Assembly (NCBI GenBank): GCA_963785415.1 | Contig: CAWAVB010000001.1 | Coordinates: 483,579 to 547,578, forward strand | From: an uncultured Acidimicrobiaceae bacterium | Lineage (GTDB): Bacteria > Actinomycetota > Acidimicrobiia > Acidimicrobiales > Bog-793 | DNA: 64,000 nucleotides | Reading direction: 5' to 3' | Shown: one piece after another, positions 58,971 to 64,000 of the stretch | Layout of the letters: the number at the start of each line of letters is the position of its first letter | How positions within the stretch are numbered: position 1 is the stretch's first letter | Position numbers and translations under genes: made by a program | The notes under the pieces: model-generated | Told to the model about the DNA's origin: nothing | The model's database searches: none | What the model saw: the letters and a program-made list of their open reading frames with translations, nothing else

Positions 58971-60104
58971 TCACGGCCCCGTCCCGACGACGCGTCGCCA
59001 CACGGCGAGGTGCCCCTCGGCCGCAGCCCGCCAGGTCAGCGGTCCGACGCGGGCGAGTCCTCGCGCGACGAGCCCGGCGCGCAGTGCCCCGTCCGAGGCG
59101 ACCCGGACCAGCCCGTCGGCGATCGCCTCGACGTCGCGCGGGTCGACCTCGTGGGCCGCGCCACCCGAGGCCGGGACCGCGCTGGCGACGACCGGGGCGC
59201 CGACGCGCATCGCCTCGACGACGGGGAGACCGAAGCCCTCGACGAGCGGCACGTAGGCCACGAGACGGGCCCTGCCGTAGAGCCCGGCGAGCACGCCATC
59301 GCCGACCTGCCCGGCGAAGACGACGCCCGCGGGTGCGGCCCCGGTCGCTGTCCCCCACCCCTCCGGGCCGACGACGACGAGCGGCAGCGGCTCGGCGAAC
59401 CGGGGCCGCGCGATCGCGTAGGCGTCGAAAAGCCGTCCGAGGTTCTTGCGCGGCTCGCGCGTCCCCACCGTGAGCACGAACTCGCCCCCCACGCCGAGCT
59501 GGGCGAGCGCCTCCTCCGTCGCCACGGGGTCGGCGGCAGCGAGGTGGTCGGAGCCCTCGGCGACGACCGCGATGCGGTCGTCGCCGACGCCGAGACCCGC
59601 CTCCCGCAGAGCCTGGGCGGTCGCCTCCGACGGGACGACCAGGCAGGCCGCCCGGCGGGCGGCCCGCCGCAGCGCCTGCTCGTGCCAACGGCGGCCCCGG
59701 GCCGGGAACGCCTCGGGGACGGCGCGCCAGGCCAGGTCGTGGACGGTGACGACGAGGGGGACGGTGGCGGGCGGCGCGGCGAGCGAGACGGCGTGGACGA
59801 GCGCGGCCCGGCGCCCGACGCGCCCGAGGCCGAACCCCCAGGCGCGCACCAGCGCCGCGTCCGGCCACCACGAGGTCTCGACGGGGAACCCGAGGTCGCC
59901 AAGCGGGTCCGGCGACACCCGGGACCGCGCGGCATATAGGCGGCATCGGGGGCGATCGGCCCCGTCGAGGGCGGCGAGGGCGCCGACGAGGCCGCGCGCG
60001 TACGTGCCGATACCCCCCGGGACGGCGCGGCGCAGCTGTTCGACGACGACGACGACACCCCGCTCGAGTGGCGGCCGCGGGCCGTCTCCGGGACGCGGGG
60101 TCAC
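58971..60104 (-). CDS. GT4-family (GT-B) glycosyltransferase
   Basis: The C-terminal 377 aa of ORF 58971..60545, from GTG 60104 (GTGA overlap with the cofE stop). GGIGTYARGL, VGTREPRKN, LVEGFGLPVVEAMRVGAPVV. Confidence 0.85.
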   Translation of the reverse strand: MTPRPGDGPRPPLERGVVVVVEQLRRAVPGGIGTYARGLVGALAALDGADRPRCRLYAARSRVSPDPLGDLGFPVETSWWPDAALVRAWGFGLGRVGRRAALVHAVSLAAPPATVPLVVTVHDLAWRAVPEAFPARGRRWHEQALRRAARRAACLVVPSEATAQALREAGLGVGDDRIAVVAEGSDHLAAADPVATEEALAQLGVGGEFVLTVGTREPRKNLGRLFDAYAIARPRFAEPLPLVVVGPEGWGTATGAAPAGVVFAGQVGDGVLAGLYGRARLVAYVPLVEGFGLPVVEAMRVGAPVVASAVPASGGAAHEVDPRDVEAIADGLVRVASDGALRAGLVARGLARVGPLTWRAAAEGHLAVWRRVVGTGP

Positions 60105-60805
60105 CGGAAGAGGTCCTCGCCGTACGGGCGGACGATCTCGGCCGCGACCGAGGACTCCCGCAGCCAGGAGCGGTCGACGCCCCGCACGATCGCGACCGGC
60201 ACGTGTGCAGACTTGCCCATGACGAGCTCGGCCGCGGCGGCGATCTCGTCGGCGACACACATCTCGGTCGCGGCGAGCATCCGCCCCGATCCGTCGAGGG
60301 TGCCGCGCAGATCGACGACGGCGGCGATGCCGGCGCACCCGATCGCCACGTCGACGAGGCCCCGGCGCCAGGCGCGTCCGAACGTGTCCGAGATGACGAC
60401 GCCGACCTCGAGGCCACGGAGCGCCCGCACGGCGTCGCGGATTCCCCGCGCCGAGCGGTCGGGATCGACCGGCAGAAGCACGGCGGACCCCGCCTCGACG
60501 TTCGACAGATCGACGCCCGAGTTCGCGCAGACGAACCCGTGGCACGTCTCGGTGATGACGAGGTCGCCACGACGGCGCAGGACCCGCGTCGCCTCGGACT
60601 CGGCGAGCCGGCGCTTCGCACCGGGATCGGACGGGTCGACCGCGACGACGCGGCCCTCGGCCTTCGACACGATCTTCTGGGTGACGACCACGACGTCGCC
60701 CGCCTCGAGCGGTGCGGTCGCGGCGAGCAGTTCGCCGAGCCGCGCCCCGGCGACGATCTCCGGGAGCCCCTCGACGCCGACGACGACGAGTGACGGCCGC
60801 GTCAT
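60101..60805 (-). CDS. cofE: coenzyme F420-0:L-glutamate ligase (CofE; FbiB N-terminal-domain-only form)
   Basis: The C-terminal 234 aa of ORF 60101..61486, from ATG 60805 (ATGA overlap with the cofD stop). VVVTQKIVSKAEGR, CANSGVDLSN, VISDTFGRAWRRG, GKSAHVPVAIVRG. Confidence 0.88.
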   Translation of the reverse strand: MTRPSLVVVGVEGLPEIVAGARLGELLAATAPLEAGDVVVVTQKIVSKAEGRVVAVDPSDPGAKRRLAESEATRVLRRRGDLVITETCHGFVCANSGVDLSNVEAGSAVLLPVDPDRSARGIRDAVRALRGLEVGVVISDTFGRAWRRGLVDVAIGCAGIAAVVDLRGTLDGSGRMLAATEMCVADEIAAAAELVMGKSAHVPVAIVRGVDRSWLRESSVAAEIVRPYGEDLFR

Positions 60806-61740
60806 GGCCGCTCCACCCCGACGCAGTCGAGGGCGAACCGGGCGAGCGACGCCGCGACCTCGGTCGTGCGCATCACCGTGTCGGTTACTTCGGCCCGCAT
60901 GCCGGTCGCGGTGACGGCGGCGGCGAGACCGGCGTCGGCCGTGTCGATGACCAGGCAGCCCGCGTACGGCCGGAGCAGGCGGGCCACGCCCACCGCCGAC
61001 GACTCGTGCCCGAGCTCGGCGAGGAGCCGGTCCGCCGGGCCCTTCAGCGCCCGCCCGGCCACGATCGGCGACACGGCGACGACGCGGTCCCGCCGGCCGG
61101 CAAGGGCGTCCCCGATCCCGGGCACGGCGAGAATCGGCCCGATCGACAGCACCGGGTTCGACGGCGCGATGACGACCGCCTCGGCTCCGGCGAGCGCGGC
61201 GAGCACGCCCGGCGCCGGTTCCGCCGACTCGGCCCCACCGTAGGCGAGCGATTCCACGACGACATCGTGGCGCAGCCGGACGAAGTACTCCTGGAAATCG
61301 ACCTCCTCGCCGTCGGCGAGGAGAAGGCGAGTCCCGACGACGTCGTCGGTCATGGGCAGCAACCGGAAACCGAGCCCCCAGGCCCTGGCGATCTCGGCCG
61401 TGACCTCGCTCAGGGTCGCGCCCGCCCCGAGGCGGGCGGTGCGGTACAGGTGCGTGGCGAGGTCGAGGTCCCCGAGACGGAACCACGTCGCCGCGCCATA
61501 GCGCTCGAGTGCCCCCATCGCCCGGAACGAGTCCCCGACGAGCCCCCAGCCCGTCTCCGGGTTCGCCGCCCCCGCCAGCGTGTAGATCACCGTGTCGAGG
61601 TCCGGGCTGACGTGCAGCCCGTGCAGGACGGCATCGTCACCGGTGTTGCCGATCACGGTGATCTCGCCCGCCGGCACGACGGTGACGAGCCCGGCGAGCA
61701 GACGCGCCGCCCCCACCCCGCCGGCAAGGACCGTAATCAT
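60802..61740 (-). CDS. cofD: 2-phospho-L-lactate transferase (CofD/FbiA)
   Basis: ORF 60802..61815 trimmed to ATG 61740 (MITVLAGGVGAARLL; ATGA overlap with the upstream stop). IGNTGDD, HGLHVSPDLDT, APSNPVLSIGPIL. Confidence 0.92.
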   Translation of the reverse strand: MITVLAGGVGAARLLAGLVTVVPAGEITVIGNTGDDAVLHGLHVSPDLDTVIYTLAGAANPETGWGLVGDSFRAMGALERYGAATWFRLGDLDLATHLYRTARLGAGATLSEVTAEIARAWGLGFRLLPMTDDVVGTRLLLADGEEVDFQEYFVRLRHDVVVESLAYGGAESAEPAPGVLAALAGAEAVVIAPSNPVLSIGPILAVPGIGDALAGRRDRVVAVSPIVAGRALKGPADRLLAELGHESSAVGVARLLRPYAGCLVIDTADAGLAAAVTATGMRAEVTDTVMRTTEVAASLARFALDCVGVERP

Positions 61741-62699
61741 CGCCGGGGACGGCCGCCCACCTGGCGGGCGACCGAGGCGAGGGTGGCCGCGACGCCCTCC
61801 TCGAGTGAGGTCCACGGTGCCCAGCCGAGGTGGAGCTTGGCCCGGTCCGGGTCGAGCGCGTTCGCCCGCAGGTCGCCGGGACGAGCCGGCCCGCGGACCG
61901 GTGGCTGCTCCGACCCCGCCTGCGACGCCATCGTGGCGTAGAGCTGCACGATGGAGGTCTGGACCCCCGTGCCGACGTTGAGGACCAGCCCACCACCACG
62001 CTCGATCGCGCGGCTGAAGGCGTCGACGACGTCGTCGACGAAAACGAAGTCGCGCGTCTGCTGGCCGTCGCCGTCGATCGTCGCCGGCCGGCCGGCGACA
62101 AGCTCGGCGGCGAAACGGGCGATGACGCCGGCCTCGCCATGAGCGTCCTGACGCGGCCCGTAGACGTTGGCGAGCGCGAGCGCGGTGAACTCCAACCCGT
62201 AGCGGTCACGGAACGCGGCGCAGTAGTCGATCGCGACTTTCTTCGAGATCCCGTAGGGCGAGATCGGCCGGAACGGATGGGTCTCGTCGACCGGGAGCTC
62301 ACGCGGCTCGACCTCGCCGTAAAGGGTGCCCCCGCTCGCGGCGTACACGATCTTGCGCACGTCGGCGCGCCGCGCCCCGTCGAGGACCCGGACGGACCCG
62401 ACGACGTTCACCGCGGCGTCGCGACCGGGGTCGCGCACCGACGCGGCGACGCTCGGCTGGCCGGCAAGGTGGAAGATGATCTCGGGCCGCCGACGTCCGA
62501 TTAGCGCGCCGACGGCCTCGTCGGTCACGTCGATCTGGTGGAATCGGAACGCGCCGCCCGAGGCGCGGGCCTGCGACAGGTTGGCGAGCGAGCCGGTCGA
62601 CAGGTCGTCGATGACGTCGACGGCATGACCCTCGGCGAGGAGACGGTCGACGAGGTTCGAGCCGATGAACCCCGCCCCGCCGGTGACGAGCGCGCGCAC
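61737..62699 (-). CDS. NAD-dependent NDP-sugar 4-epimerase (GalE-like extended SDR)
   Basis: ORF 61737..62987 trimmed to GTG 62699. LVTGGAGFIGSNLV, SPYGISKKV (YxxxK), NVYGPRQ. Confidence 0.87.
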   Translation of the reverse strand: MRALVTGGAGFIGSNLVDRLLAEGHAVDVIDDLSTGSLANLSQARASGGAFRFHQIDVTDEAVGALIGRRRPEIIFHLAGQPSVAASVRDPGRDAAVNVVGSVRVLDGARRADVRKIVYAASGGTLYGEVEPRELPVDETHPFRPISPYGISKKVAIDYCAAFRDRYGLEFTALALANVYGPRQDAHGEAGVIARFAAELVAGRPATIDGDGQQTRDFVFVDDVVDAFSRAIERGGGLVLNVGTGVQTSIVQLYATMASQAGSEQPPVRGPARPGDLRANALDPDRAKLHLGWAPWTSLEEGVAATLASVARQVGGRPRR

Positions 62700-62707
62700 G
62701 AGCGGCG

Positions 62708-63787
62708 TCAGTCGGGGCGACGCGCGCCGATGAGCACGTCGTCGTCGTCGACGACGCATCCCGCGCCGATCACCGTCGACGCGGAGAGTTGCGCGCCCTC
62801 GCCGATCATTGCCCCGGGACCGACGATCGAATCCTCGACCACCGCCTTGTCGGCGATGCGCGCGCCCGACAAAACCACCGAGCGGCGAACCGTGGCCCCC
62901 GACGACACCCGCGCCGACGCTCCCACAACGGCGTCCTCGACGAGCGCCCCCGATTCGACGACCGCACCCGCGGCGACGAACGCACACCCCAGCACCTCGC
63001 CGTCGAGCGTCGCGCCCGGTGCGACAAACACGTTCGGCCCGCGCCGCTCGTTGTCGGGCAGGATGACGTTCGGGCGCAGGCCGCGCAGGATGTCAAGCTG
63101 TGCTTGCACGTACCTTTCCGGCGTCCCCGTATCGATCCAGTAGGCATCGGAGGCGTAGGAGTAGACCTCACCCCGGCCGACGAAGAGCGGCAGGATCTCG
63201 CGCTCGACCGACACCGTGCGGCCGTGTGCGATCGCGGCGAGCACTCGGGGTTCGAATAGGTAGCTCCCGGCGTTGATGAGATTCGACGGCGCCTCGTCCC
63301 GCGGCGGCTTCTCGATGAAGCTGAGCACCCGCCCCGTCTCGTCGAGCGCCGCGACGCCGTACGGCGACGGGTCCTCCACGGCGGTCAGCGCGATCGTGAT
63401 CGCGGCCTGGCGCGTCCGGTGCAGGCGGACGAGCTCACCGAGGTCGAGATCGGTGAGGATGTCGCCGTTGAAGACGAGAACCGGCTCGTCGAGCATCTCC
63501 GCGGTCTCCGCGGCGAAAAGCACCGCTCCCGCCGTGTCGAGCGGATGCGGTTCGACCGCGTAGCACAGCTCCACGCCGGCCCAGGTCTCCCCGGGGAAGA
63601 CTTCAAGGAACGGCTCCGGCTGGTAACCGAGTGAGAGCGCGACCCTCGTCACGCCGTGCAGGCTGAGCCACTCGACGATCCGGGCGATGATCGGGCGCTC
63701 GACGATTGGCAGCATCGGTTTCGGGACGTCGTAGGTGAGGGGACGCAGCCTCGTCCCCTCCCCGCCGACGAGCACGATTCCCTGCAC
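62708..63787 (-). CDS. mannose-1-phosphate guanylyltransferase-type NDP-sugar pyrophosphorylase with C-terminal hexapeptide-repeat domain
   Basis: 359 aa with MQGIVLVGGEGTRLRPLT, FNGDILTD, EKP, and C-terminal left-handed beta-helix repeats. Confidence 0.9.
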   Translation of the reverse strand: MQGIVLVGGEGTRLRPLTYDVPKPMLPIVERPIIARIVEWLSLHGVTRVALSLGYQPEPFLEVFPGETWAGVELCYAVEPHPLDTAGAVLFAAETAEMLDEPVLVFNGDILTDLDLGELVRLHRTRQAAITIALTAVEDPSPYGVAALDETGRVLSFIEKPPRDEAPSNLINAGSYLFEPRVLAAIAHGRTVSVEREILPLFVGRGEVYSYASDAYWIDTGTPERYVQAQLDILRGLRPNVILPDNERRGPNVFVAPGATLDGEVLGCAFVAAGAVVESGALVEDAVVGASARVSSGATVRRSVVLSGARIADKAVVEDSIVGPGAMIGEGAQLSASTVIGAGCVVDDDDVLIGARRPD

Positions 63788-63824
63788 GTCAGCTGCTCCC
63801 TGTCGTATCCCCGATCACGACTAC

Positions 63825-64000
63825 TTACTTCTTCGCCGGCTGCGTCGTCGTCGTGGTGGTCGACGTCGTGGTGGTCGACGTCGTGGTGGTCGACGATCCC
63901 GACTTCCCGGTGAGCGCTTGCTCGAGCGTCGACCTCGTCGTGGCGGGCGGCGCCGGGATCCCGTTGCCCCGCGGGATGAACGCGAGCGTGATCATCTCGC
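63825..64000 (-). CDS. 3' end of an unidentified gene with a Thr-rich C-terminal tail (runs off right edge)
   Basis: The minus-strand reading ...EMITLAFIPRGNGIPAPPATTRSTLEQALTGKSGSSTTTTSTTTTSTTTTTTTQPAKK ends at a TAA at approximately 63825-63827. Not in the ORF track because it is truncated by the window edge. Confidence 0.4.
   Translation of the reverse strand, partial: EMITLAFIPRGNGIPAPPATTRSTLEQALTGKSGSSTTTTSTTTTSTTTTTTQPAKK
63850..63894. repeat. perfect 15-bp tandem repeat x3 (GTCGTGGTGGTCGAC)
   Basis: Three contiguous identical units read directly from the sequence. On the minus strand they encode the (STTTT)n tail of the partial CDS. Confidence 0.75.

Overview
High-GC (about 70-75% by eye) Actinomycetota-type chromosomal window. 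It is gene-dense and almost entirely core cell-cycle and metabolic genes. I found no rRNA, tRNA, CRISPR array, transposase or integrase.

Layout:
(1) 1-15.6 kb: complete minus-strand dcw cluster mraZ-rsmH-ftsL-ftsI-murE-mraY-murD-ftsW-murG-murC-murB-ftsQ-ftsZ-pgeF-yggS. murF is absent from its usual slot.
(2) 16-23.6 kb: pntAA-pntAB-pntB transhydrogenase, plus a three-subunit 2-oxoacid:ferredoxin oxidoreductase whose ferredoxin module is fused to a GltD-like NAD(P)H flavoprotein.
(3) 23.8-30.8 kb: divergent nine-gene group-3b-type NiFe hydrogenase operon (hyhB, cNMP-binding-domain protein, hyhG, hyhS, hyhL, endopeptidase, hypC, EamA transporter, unknown 257-aa protein).
(4) 30.8-38.4 kb: SDR, small membrane proteins, lipoate-ligase-family protein, HNH endonuclease, DUF3040-like protein, and an SOS unit (lexA divergent from LysM-nrdR-PIG-L-dinB) with three GAAC-N4-GTTC boxes.
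(5) 38.4-50.3 kb: dapE, dapD, a lower-GC insertion encoding a secreted beta-propeller-like protein, hflX, dapF, miaA, ahcY, SIS isomerase, Trm112-like protein, phosphomannomutase, CPBP protease.
(6) 50.3-64 kb: ftsH and an approximately 11.4 kb minus-strand envelope-glycan gene string (NDP-sugar enzymes, two GT4, a 1000-aa GT2 membrane protein, DUF5719-like protein) with F420 genes cofD-cofE nested and translationally coupled inside it.

Four genes (pgeF, ftsQ, murC, dapF) each carry a net -1 frameshift. For three of them (murC, dapF, pgeF) a short G/C run can be shown as the site. I interpret this as assembly indel error until reads say otherwise.

Best candidates for new biology:
- the cNMP-domain protein embedded in the hydrogenase operon;
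- the EamA transporter plus unknown protein coupled to hypC;
- the por/GltD-ferredoxin/pnt/hydrogenase redox module as a whole;
- the lower-GC secreted-propeller insertion.

Many long ORFs in the track are Arg-rich shadow ORFs or N-terminal over-extensions typical of high-GC DNA, and I trimmed or rejected them. Short motifs read by eye may be off by 1-2 nt. No database search was possible, so all family calls rest on recognised motifs and synteny.
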